64,000 nucleotides of DNA from Cyanidioschyzon merolae (lineage: Eukaryota): assembly GCA_000091205.1 (NCBI GenBank), contig AP006495.2; one strand, written 5' to 3'. Made by a program: the position numbers and the translations under genes. The notes beneath the pieces were generated by a model. That model was given only the letters and a program-made list of their open reading frames with translations, was not told where the DNA came from and ran no database searches. Below are positions 1 through 8,842 of this stretch, one piece after another. Position 1 is the stretch's first letter. Each line of letters starts with the position of its first letter.

Positions 1-1264
1 CACCGAACGCTTGCTGCATATTCAGTTCTTTCTCCAGGCTTCTTTCCGCATTCGCTTGATATCACGATGCTCGGCTACTGTGCCGGGACACACGGATGCA
101 ATCCTGTGTCTGAGTTTCTCGCCTGATGCCAAGTGGCTGGCGTCGGGCTCTGGGGATAAAACGGTACGGCTATGGGACCCGGACGCTCAGCTTCCACGAG
201 CGATGCTCAACGGACACCAGGGATGGGTCCTCAATCTCGCCTGGTCACCGGATGGGCGTTGGCTTGCCTCCGGATCCATGGATCATACGGTCCGGATCTG
301 GGATATGGAGTCTTGTTTGGTGTCGGGTCGCGGGTCCAAAACGAACGCATCCGATGTGCGCTGGGTATTTACAGGCCATAGCCGCTGGATAACGGCGCTG
401 TGCTGGGAGCCGTACCATTGTAACCAGGGACGCTGTGAGCGACTCGCTTCTGCAAGCAAGGATGGTAGTATTCGCGTGTGGAACATCCGACTCGGACGCT
501 GTGAGCGCTCCCTAACTGGTCACTCTGCCAGCGTCACCGCACTGCGTTGGAGTGGGCACGGAATGCTCTACTCCGCGAGCCAGGACTGTACGATTCGGGT
601 GTGGGAACCAAGCACTGGCGTCTGCTGGAAAGTTCTGCCAATCCACGGCCACTGGGTGAATGCCATGACCCTCCATACTGACCATCTGTTGCGTTGTGGT
701 GCATATAGCGTTGAGGACAACGCTGGGCGCTCGAACGGTGCCGCTGCTTCCCGCATTCGGCGCTTGTCGGTGGAGGAGGCAGCGGATCGCGTTGCCCGCC
801 TTGGTCCAGAGCGACTTTGCGCGGGCTCAGATGATCATACGCTCTCGCTGCTGACGCTGGAATTCGACAGAAACCAAGACTGGTCGACGGCACGTTGGCG
901 CGTCAAGCGCCTGACCGGACATCAGCAGCTGGTGAATCATGTGAGTTTCTCGCCAGATGGGCGATGGATCGCCTCAGCGTCGTTCGACAAGTCGGTTCGA
1001 TTATGGAACGGGTTTTCGGGTCAACATGTTGCCACGTTTCGCCAGCATGTACAGGCAGTGTATATGTGTTGCTGGAGCTCAGATTCCCGTCTTCTTGCCA
1101 CGGCAAGCAGGGATAGCACCGTGAAGGTCTACGATATTCGGGAAGGTCTTCTCAAAAGGGATCTTCCCGGTCATGCTGATGAGGTCTACGCAATCGATTG
1201 GTCTGTGGACGGTCGAACAGCTGCTTCCGGGGGCAAGGATTGCGTACTAAAGCTCTGGCGCTAG
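1..1264 (+). CDS. NLE1: Notchless-like WD40-repeat protein (ribosome biogenesis), 5'-partial; coding runs in from before the window, stop at 1262-1264
   Basis: Continuous ORF from the window edge. WD repeats with GH...WD spacing. The segment FRIRLISRCSATVPGHTDAILCLSFSPDAKWLASGSGDKTVRLWD and the C-terminus GHADEVYAIDWSVDGRTAASGGKDCVLKLWR match the Notchless/NLE1 family along the whole length. Confidence 0.85.
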   Translation, partial: TERLLHIQFFLQASFRIRLISRCSATVPGHTDAILCLSFSPDAKWLASGSGDKTVRLWDPDAQLPRAMLNGHQGWVLNLAWSPDGRWLASGSMDHTVRIWDMESCLVSGRGSKTNASDVRWVFTGHSRWITALCWEPYHCNQGRCERLASASKDGSIRVWNIRLGRCERSLTGHSASVTALRWSGHGMLYSASQDCTIRVWEPSTGVCWKVLPIHGHWVNAMTLHTDHLLRCGAYSVEDNAGRSNGAAASRIRRLSVEEAADRVARLGPERLCAGSDDHTLSLLTLEFDRNQDWSTARWRVKRLTGHQQLVNHVSFSPDGRWIASASFDKSVRLWNGFSGQHVATFRQHVQAVYMCCWSSDSRLLATASRDSTVKVYDIREGLLKRDLPGHADEVYAIDWSVDGRTAASGGKDCVLKLWR

Positions 1265-1578
1265 AGATGATGACGGAATCTTGTGGTAGACGGTGTAGGT
1301 CTTCGATTCCGAACGACGTTCATTTCGCTTGCGTTCGACGTTTGGTGCCTGTTTGGGCGAACAGGCAGCACCGCACAGCGCTTCTGATGCCTGCAAGCCA
1401 CTTTTCGCCTGGTGTGTGCGCGCTCGCGTGCATGCTCACATGTGCAAAAGCACACGGCCTTGTTCGCAACGCCTACTCAGACACTTGCGTTTCCACGTCA
1501 CTATGGGACGACCCGAAAGCGCTCGCTGGTGTCCCTCGTGGACAGCATAGAGGGCATGTGATGCGATCATTCCGATTT

Positions 1579-1633
1579 CTGCATCTGCTGCTCTTGCTGC
1601 TGCTGCTGCTACTGTTGCTGTTGCTGTTGATGT
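1579..1633. repeat. (CTG)n/(CTGTTG)n microsatellite
   Basis: ctgctgctgctgctactgttgctgttgctgttg run; it produces the poly-Leu ORF 1198-1770, which is probably spurious. Confidence 0.9.
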
Positions 1634-3068
1634 GCCGAGCCATGTGGGCGTTTTACGACGCAAGCACAAGCGCCGAATCTCTGAGGCCGCTCTACGATTT
1701 CTCTGGGTGCGTCCCGTGTACTCAAGAAAACCGATATGTCGACACGGCGGATGCAGAAAGCGTCATTTAGAGCGAGCGACAGTCTCCCAAGGCGTGGCTC
1801 TAGTTCCAGCTGCTCCAAGCATCGCAGTGCACCATCATTGAACCCAAAACACTGCTTCGTTTGGTAAAAATCGCGGTAAAGGATGCCCACCCGTTCGAGC
1901 ATGCGTTCTCGATACCTGCAATGCTCACGACGACGTGTAAACGGGCCAGGTTTTGACATCGAGAGCACTGGGCGTATCCGATACCGGATGCTGCGCGGAC
2001 ACGGGGATCATTTGCGGGTTGAGCGCTTGTTTACCTGGAGACACAAGCGCTCAACCCGCAACAAAGCAGCTATGCAGCCCGCGATGGCAGCGTCTTCAAG
2101 AGGGAACCGAGTCGGTCCACGGCAGCGCTCGTGAATCTGTCATCAGATTCCTTGAAGGCAGAGCGTGGGCGCCAGTTTCGTGCGAGCTTGGGGCAAGTTC
2201 GGTCATCGGTATCACGGACTCGAACTGCACCATGGACTGCACAGACGAGGACTCGCTTTTCGTTTACGAACAGGTCTCGTGAGCACTGCCGTTCCCCACA
2301 GCGGGTCACGACACCTAGGTCTTGACGATGCGCCTTCTGGCTCGAGTTGCGCTCAGTGTGAGGGGCGTCTCACGGAAGGTCCAGACCAACCGTATCTCAG
2401 ACACGTGCAGCAACAGTCGCAGCAGGAACAGCAGTGGCAGTGCACCCGGGGGACCGCTCGTGACAGGGTATCATGTGAGACGCTCACGAGTGCATGCACC
2501 TCAGCGCTGCTGTGCGTCGATACCAGGTGAACGCTTTCGAGCCAGTTCGCATCCATCCATAAACTAGGCGGCTCCGAAGTTTCGATGCTTCTAATCCTTC
2601 ACTGTACTGAGAAATGCACCAGGCGGATAACGCAGTGCCAGCCGAGTGAAGGCGCTAGCGGAAGAAGTGCAGCAGCAGCAGCAACCCAGCCTGTCCTTGT
2701 TCGGGTCTGGTGTACGGCGCTCTCGAAACAAGCGATACATGGCGAAAGCGGAAGCAGTCCAGCACCGTTTCCGACCGTCCGGTATCGTATGCAGTTCGCG
2801 GGGTGAAAAGTTCATGTGCGGAACAAGGCAATCCATAGGGGTATCGGAATCGTGTGTGAAGCACCGACAACCAGGAACGATTGTGTGTTGCGGAATGCAC
2901 GTAGCGACGCTGTGCTCTGAAACACACCTACCACGCCTCGGGTACTCAGACCTATCCGGAACACAGCTGTTGCTTCAGAGATCAGCCGGAGTACACAAGA
3001 TCCATCTCAGGGCACAGGCTAAAGTCTCCGGTGTGGTACGTGCAATCCAACCCGTTCGCCGATACGCT

Positions 3069-3437
3069 TCAGCGGATCATCTCCGAGTGCGGAGGAAGCG
3101 AGCGCTCACACAACTCCGGCGGTGGGGGAACGTTGCGCTGGTACGTGCAGCCGCCTGGTAAATACGGTGCGGTGTAGGGCTCTGGGTGCCTCATCTCTAG
3201 CAAGCGACTGAGACCCCGGTTCAACAGGATCTGGGCCTCGCGAGGACCTGCGTTTTTATTGCGCTGAAACTCGGCTTGGATCTCTCGCGATCGCTCCAGC
3301 CACAAGTCAACGTCCACGAACCAGTCGCGCGCTGTCCGCAAAGCGTGACGATAGAGGCGCGTTACTCGCTGCTGGTGGGTCAGCCCCGGGGCGAACGGAG
3401 CTGCCCGCTGAGCTGGCATCGATACCGCGGCACCCAT
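3069..3437 (-). CDS. NDUFB9: NADH dehydrogenase (complex I) B22 subunit NDUFB9-like, LYR family
   Basis: The peptide LTHQQRVTRLYRHALRTARDW...EFQRNKN...RHPEPYTAPYLPGGCTYQRNVPPP parallels human NDUFB9: [21 protein letters not shown]...HPQPYIFPDSPGGTSYER. It has the LYR motif and the conserved HP-PY-PGG-Y-R block. The C-terminus is shorter than in metazoan proteins. Confidence 0.75.
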   Translation of the reverse strand: MGAAVSMPAQRAAPFAPGLTHQQRVTRLYRHALRTARDWFVDVDLWLERSREIQAEFQRNKNAGPREAQILLNRGLSRLLEMRHPEPYTAPYLPGGCTYQRNVPPPPELCERSLPPHSEMIR

Positions 3438-3535
3438 GTGCCAGTGCAGTCTCAGCGAATGTGCAGCAGATTCCCTGGTATACGCCAGCGTCTACACTTG
3501 CCCGAAGTGTTGATGCGGAAACAACCAGGTAGACT

Positions 3536-3556
3536 CCACACACACACACACACACA
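3536..3556. repeat. (CA)n microsatellite
   Basis: cacacacacacacacacac. Confidence 0.9.
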
Positions 3557-3681
3557 CTGGGCCGTCAGTACGTAACAACCGTTTCTCGAGGAAGCTTGCC
3601 GGCGAGTCCCGAGCAGCGCCTGCCCCCAAGGTGGCGCTCTTGGGGCAGCTAGCGACTAGAGCTATCAAATGATTACGGACG

Positions 3682-4050
3682 GAACAGAGCGTTCAGTGAT
3701 CGCAGCATGAATATGTCCATAAGATTCCATAAGATTCAGAAATATCCAAGAGCGTAGAAGAGACTCGAAGGCCAGCATCGGATACGGAGCGTTCAGTGAT
3801 CGTAGCATGAATGTGTCCATAATATTCCATAAGATTCAGAAATATACAAGAGCGTAGAAGAGACTCGAAGGCCAGCATCGGATACGGAGCGTTCAGTGAC
3901 TGCAGCATGAATGTGTCCACGTTGGTACATAAGATTCAGAAATATACAAGAGCGTAGAAGAGACTCGAAGGCCAGCATCGGATACGGAGCGTTCAGTGAT
4001 CGCAGCATGAATATGTCTATAGTATTCCATAAGATTCAGAAATATACAGG
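3682..4050. repeat. 100-bp minisatellite, about 3.5 tandem copies
   Basis: Units 3701-3800, 3801-3900 and 3901-4000 plus a partial fourth; each runs cgcagcatgaat(a/g)tgtcca...aagattcagaaatat(a/c)caagagcgtagaagagactcgaaggccagcatcggatacggagcgttcagtgat. It lies between the fucosyltransferase 3' end and the NDUFB9 5' flank. Confidence 0.9.
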
Positions 4051-4410
4051 ATGCATGGGTACTCCTCAGGGGTCAGCCGCGCGCTGGGAACCCAGCGTCA
4101 CTGCAGCGAGAATCCTCATGCATGCGGAATCGTTCCATCGATCAGCGCCTTTATAGCACCCATGACCGAGAATGCCTCATGTTTGACGTTTGCCGGACCT
4201 GAGCGCTTCAGAGACGGCAGGTCGCAAATACCGCCGCGGACGCCAGCACGTTCGAGTCATTAGAAGAATGCTCCCGCCCCGTGCGCCGCCCGTAACATAC
4301 CTGGAACCCCATCGCAGCTACGCAGCAGGTATTCAAAACAGAGAAGCCAATCGCCGGCGAGTGCAAGTTAGTGGCGCCCCAAAAACATCTCAGTCGTAGT
4401 AGCAAATAGC

Positions 4411-6132
4411 CTAACAGTGTGGACGAACCTGCAGCTCGTGCTGGAGCTCCGGCAGCCACCACTCCCGATCTGGATGCATCAGACGCTCCACGACAAAGCT
4501 CCAGTTTCGAGGTTGCGCCCAGCGCTCGCCGAAAAATGCACGCGGCATTGCGTGTCGACTTCGCCTCCACATGGGACGATTTGCCTTGCTAATGCGCTGT
4601 GGAGATGAACGCCCACTCCCAGGGACAGCACTGTTTTCGCCCCGCAGGCAAACATATTCCGGCCAGTACAGCGCGCCCGGAGGCTCGCCGACCGTCCGCA
4701 GTTGCCAAGGCGCCTGAACGAGGCTGCACGGCAAAGGCGCCGCCTCCGGATCGCTGTAATTTGATGGAAACTGCGGTGGTACCAGAACAGTGCTGTGTAC
4801 GGGCATCAGTCGAGCGACAAGCTGCGAGAAAGCGCTGCGAGACCCCACGAAGATATCTGCGCTCGTCATCTCGATCAGGGCGTCAATAGTAGTCATGTCC
4901 AGATGCTGCGTGATCTTGGCACCAGGAAAGCGCTCATACAACCACTGCTTAAGCCGGCTTGGATAACCATCCATGTCCACCAGCGGTGACTCGGAGAAAA
5001 TGCGAATACGAAGGAGGTGCGGAGCGCAAAAGACGGGTCCAGCGCGGTGGCAGTGAGCCTTGAATGCCGCGTCTGCAGCCGCCACATACCATGAATCAGG
5101 GAGGTTTCGTCGCAAGCCAGCTTCCACGTAGGCATTCGGCTTGTACATGGGATACCGCGGAACCTGGTCACCCCGTCGGACGTGAAGTGCGATGCTTACG
5201 GTACGCGAAAGTTCCGCAAAGTCGTCTGCATTCTGGTTTCGACGGCTTTCCATGAAGACTGCTCGCTGGCGCTGGAAGACGCTGCGCCACCACGAGGCCG
5301 TACACGCCCAGGAAGACGCCAACGCTCCACCAGGACTGAAAACAGCCTCGAACTGGAAAAAGAGTGCTCGTGTGCGGAGTGTGGGTTGGCGCTCCACAGC
5401 ACTCCGCCAATGTTGCAGGAGCGCGAGCAGTTCTCGCTCGTCTCTGTGCTTCAGAGTCGATGCAGTGATGCGAATTGCTATATGATCTGATGGGACTGCA
5501 GTTCGTGGCGTTGTGTAAAGCGACAAATTGAAAAACGCTTCAGCTTTGTCGCCGATACCGTGTCCAAGGCCGCGCATCGCCTCTGGGTCGTAGACGTGAC
5601 GCAAACCGAGCCGCTGAGCCAAATGGACGATACGGTTCATGGCGGAGATTGTATGTCCGAGTCCAGCCCTGGAGCAACATCCAGTAAGCGCGATGTAATC
5701 ATCTACGGAGCGCTTACATCCCAGCGGTACTCGAGCGCACCCGTCGAACTGCCTTGGCAATCGCAGGTCAGACGAGACGTTCCGAAAGGCGCGGGGCAGC
5801 CCATGGAGGACGCTCTGTGGCAACAGAAGCAGCAGGAGCCACAGCGACAGTAGCAGGAGTAGCAACTCTGCGACGCGGCGGTGTCTTCCTTGAAAGGAAC
5901 TGAACCAGAGAGCGTGTAGAACAGGTTGCAGGGTGCTTCCGAGGCCGCGGCTGCTGGACAGGTAGCGCCGCATCCGGCGGACCGCCTGTCTCGCGTCAGA
6001 GAGTGCTGTTGAGGTCGTAAGGTGCCGGCTCGTGCCATGGAAAACTGCGAGTTTTGGCCTCAACGCCTGCATAAGGCTTTCGTGGCCACCTTGGGACAAG
6101 TGCTCCAAGACATCGACGAACGCTGCGGTCAA
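4411..6132 (-). CDS. Type II membrane glycosyltransferase of the fucosyltransferase superfamily (GT11/GT23/GT65/GT68-like)
   Basis: N-terminal hydrophobic anchor (LLLLLLSLWLLLLLL). Conserved fucosyltransferase motif I HVRRGD (IALHVRRGDQVPR). NodZ/FUT8-like G-G-x-x-IS...GR block (AGLGHTISAMNRIVHLAQRLGLRH). Motif III FVGSRSAFSQLVARL. The true start may be an internal Met. Confidence 0.55.
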   Translation of the reverse strand: MTAAFVDVLEHLSQGGHESLMQALRPKLAVFHGTSRHLTTSTALSDARQAVRRMRRYLSSSRGLGSTLQPVLHALWFSSFQGRHRRVAELLLLLLSLWLLLLLLPQSVLHGLPRAFRNVSSDLRLPRQFDGCARVPLGCKRSVDDYIALTGCCSRAGLGHTISAMNRIVHLAQRLGLRHVYDPEAMRGLGHGIGDKAEAFFNLSLYTTPRTAVPSDHIAIRITASTLKHRDERELLALLQHWRSAVERQPTLRTRALFFQFEAVFSPGGALASSWACTASWWRSVFQRQRAVFMESRRNQNADDFAELSRTVSIALHVRRGDQVPRYPMYKPNAYVEAGLRRNLPDSWYVAAADAAFKAHCHRAGPVFCAPHLLRIRIFSESPLVDMDGYPSRLKQWLYERFPGAKITQHLDMTTIDALIEMTSADIFVGSRSAFSQLVARLMPVHSTVLVPPQFPSNYSDPEAAPLPCSLVQAPWQLRTVGEPPGALYWPEYVCLRGENSAVPGSGRSSPQRISKANRPMWRRSRHAMPRAFFGERWAQPRNWSFVVERLMHPDREWWLPELQHELQVRPHC

Positions 6133-7744
6133 CGGCGATACGCTTGTTCATCTGTCAGATACTCGGCACTGGGTGCAACGCAATTCGCGTTTGTGCCAGA
6201 ACGATGGCCCGCTGACCGCACCTATCGACAGCAACCAAAGAATAAGTGTTTTATCGATTACTTGCGGGCAAGAAGACTGGTCTATCGGGGGCCGGAACTC
6301 AGAGGACTATGCACACCTGCATGGTGCCGGTTGTGACACGGTTTGCACGACGCAGCGAGAACCTGATTACATGGCTGAATATGATGATTCCAGAAAACTA
6401 GTGGTTTTATTCGAAGCAGGCCGGGCGTTAGGTGTATGTCAGGGCTAAACGCGAGAAACAGCGGTGTGGCTTTGGCCGGAGACCTCGCACCGCTGGGCAG
6501 CATCTGCCAGCGTCCTCCATACCACGAGGTCGGCGAATGCCTCAGCTTGTCCATCTACCAAGGAGCACGCGCGAAACCGATACAATTGTTTGGATACTGT
6601 TGGATTACCGCGTTGAATCAGGGATGCCCGAATACACGTTGTCTATTCGCATTCAGGGAAAGATCCGTACCCGTTAGGGTAGCAGCGTCTAAAAGAATGC
6701 GCACGAACGCGGGCCCGAACGGCACCAGGCGAATCGCTGCACTGTAGCTACCGTTGCACTGAGAAGCACGACTCTAAGCGATAAGGTAGGCATGAGTGGA
6801 TATCCAGGTACTGAGGTCTCTTTCGTGATTCGTTGGAAGCACTTTTGCATCCAAGGGATTCTGGTCATAGACATCGAGATCAATTTTGTGAGACCCTTGC
6901 TGTGATGTATAGCGGACTATCGAAATCACGATGCATTATACCGGATAGCAGGTAAACGTATTATATGTATGTTATTTTGTGTTGAGCAGCTCAAGAAGGC
7001 CGGTATTCCTTCTTGAGGTCAGTCATTACACAGTACTCAGTTGGTTGAGGACTACCAAATGAAACAAATATATGCGCTTCGCGCCAAAAGCCGCTATTGT
7101 CAACGTGTGCTTGGAGCTCATGGTACAGAAACAACCGTTAACCACTTTACGGAAACCGCAAGCGGCAGTAGCAGCCGCTAGGAGCGTCTCTGTTTCTCAC
7201 CAGCTTGTTCGTGTGGTCCTGAAAACACTGGGAAACAGTCGGAAAAAATGAGACCTAGTTCACGCACGACCATTTTCCACCGAAATCACAACGACAGCGT
7301 TCTTTCAACATCGCCATCGCATAAAGCACAGGGACATCAGTTCTTTTCAGTCGATGGGAATTCCCTGGGACGAAACGATCGGATCGTATACGAGTATTCG
7401 AGGTATTGGGAGCTCGGTGTATGTACGATCGAACTCGATGAGAACGAGGACCTTATCTATTCTAGAAACAGTGGATTCATTTGGCAGCCTCAGTTTCGCG
7501 CGTAGGGAAGGCGCATACCACAGCATTCACTTTGCCGAATCATCGTGGACTGTTTCTTGACGCCTGGCGACATCCCTCTATTGGAAAAAGTGGCCTTGCA
7601 CCATTCCCCTTTTGTTGGAGCTGTTGCCGATTCTATCGACAAAGAGCTGCTTTTCATTCCTCCATAGTCTGTATGTGTCTCACCGATTGAGGGAGTGCTT
7701 CTCATCGCGAAACGTAATGATCGCTCGACCGAGCGAATTCTTTC

Positions 7745-7905
7745 ATTTAACAAAACATTTGCATTGATCAGGGATTCCAGACTGCGTGAATGGATATTGG
7801 CATTCGGCAATGCGTCCGTCTTGATGCACCCTGCCTTCAAGCTCCATAACCCTTCCTTCTTCTCGGATATCGTGGTCGTTACGTATATTCTGTCGTGTGC
7901 TGCGT
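7745..7905 (-). mobile_element. SINE-like short dispersed repeat, copy E (reverse orientation)
   Basis: The reverse complement matches the other copies: cacacgacagaatatacgtaacgaccacgatatccgagaagaagg ... ggttatggagcttgaaggcagggtgcatcaagacgg ... ccaatatccattcacgcagtctggaatccctgatcaatgcaaatgttttgttaaatgaaa. Confidence 0.5.
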
Positions 7906-8487
7906 GACTGCCTTGCTACACCCGCAATAAGAGTTATACCACTGGAGCAGATGCAACGCGGAGACAGAACGTCTGTGCCGTACCACTGAGGCTGTCGGCT
8001 CGAGGCGAGGTTCACTAGTCTCGGAATCGGGCCTCGACATCATTCTGGGGGCCTACAACCCGTACAGACAAGACTACTGCCTGCGGAGGCGCGAAGCGAT
8101 ATCCTACGATACTAGAACGACCAGGTCAACGCTCAGAAGGCGCCTACCTGCTTCGAGTCCCAGAATAAATTGCATTGCGGACAAGCTGCTCAGGTGTCAC
8201 GGCAACAGTAGGCCCGGGGAGAGCTTGAAGTATTAGCCCAGCAGATTCGTAAAGTCCGCGGGACCTGTCGCCTGGAAGGTAAACTTTCGACAATATGGAA
8301 ACCTTTTCCCGCTTTTGACGTTTATCATAGAGGAGGAAAGAAACCATTATCTCGTAGCTACCTAATGGTTCATTTCTCTCTCCCGTGCTAAGCTGCGCGA
8401 TGATCGTGCGCGATACAAGTTGACGAGGCCGCGCTCAACGTCTGCCCAGTGTCGTCGATTGTTGGAAAAAGCGTTCTTTGAACGGGT

Positions 8488-8522
8488 CCGCTGTGTGTGT
8501 GTGTGGGTGTGTGTGGGTGTGC
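8488..8522. repeat. (GT)n / GTGTGGGT microsatellite
   Basis: gtgtgtgtgtgtgtgggtgtgtgtgggtgtg; it creates a Cys/Val-rich spurious peptide in ORF 8478-8792. Confidence 0.9.
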
Positions 8523-8842
8523 TGCCTAGACCCGTGTCTTTGTGACCTGATAAAGCACTGCGTGCAGTGTTGGAAACAGCTCAAGCTCGCTCGGTTCGAA
8601 GGAGCGATAGGCTGTGACTGCTGTGCAATTTCGCGACTCGGGCTACCGGACTGGAGTGAGGCCCAAGTCGACGACCGTGCGTGCGCGCTTTTCGGACAGC
8701 GCAGCTGTTTCGGATTCTCCCAGCGCTCTCGCGTGGTGCTCGGGGTGTCAGTCACCGGCGACGTCGCTCACAAACACGCTCTGATCAGCTGACTCGTCAG
8801 GCACTGCATCAAGGAGAGGCAGTCTCGGTTCTGGAGTCTTGA

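Noticed and set aside
1198-1770. 190-aa ORF with poly-leucine
   Set aside because: Driven by the (CTG)n microsatellite; no domain. It overlaps the 3' flank of the Notchless gene.
2646-3161. 171-aa plus-strand ORF overlapping the NDUFB9 locus
   Set aside because: No domain, and it overlaps the well-supported minus-strand NDUFB9-like CDS. Likely spurious.
7040-7060. tRNA-like D-arm string actcagttggttgagg
   Set aside because: No acceptor stem, anticodon arm or T-loop (GTTCGA/TCC) could be assembled around it. No convincing tRNA was found anywhere in the window by eye.
8478-8792. Cys-rich ORF upstream of the NDUFS1-like gene, considered as the missing Fe-S domain
   Set aside because: Most cysteines come from translating the (GT)n microsatellite. 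Only a short CVQC...ARFEGAIG stretch is suggestive, and the spacing to GALTSKPY does not fit NuoG. It is kept only as a caveat inside the NDUFS1 finding.
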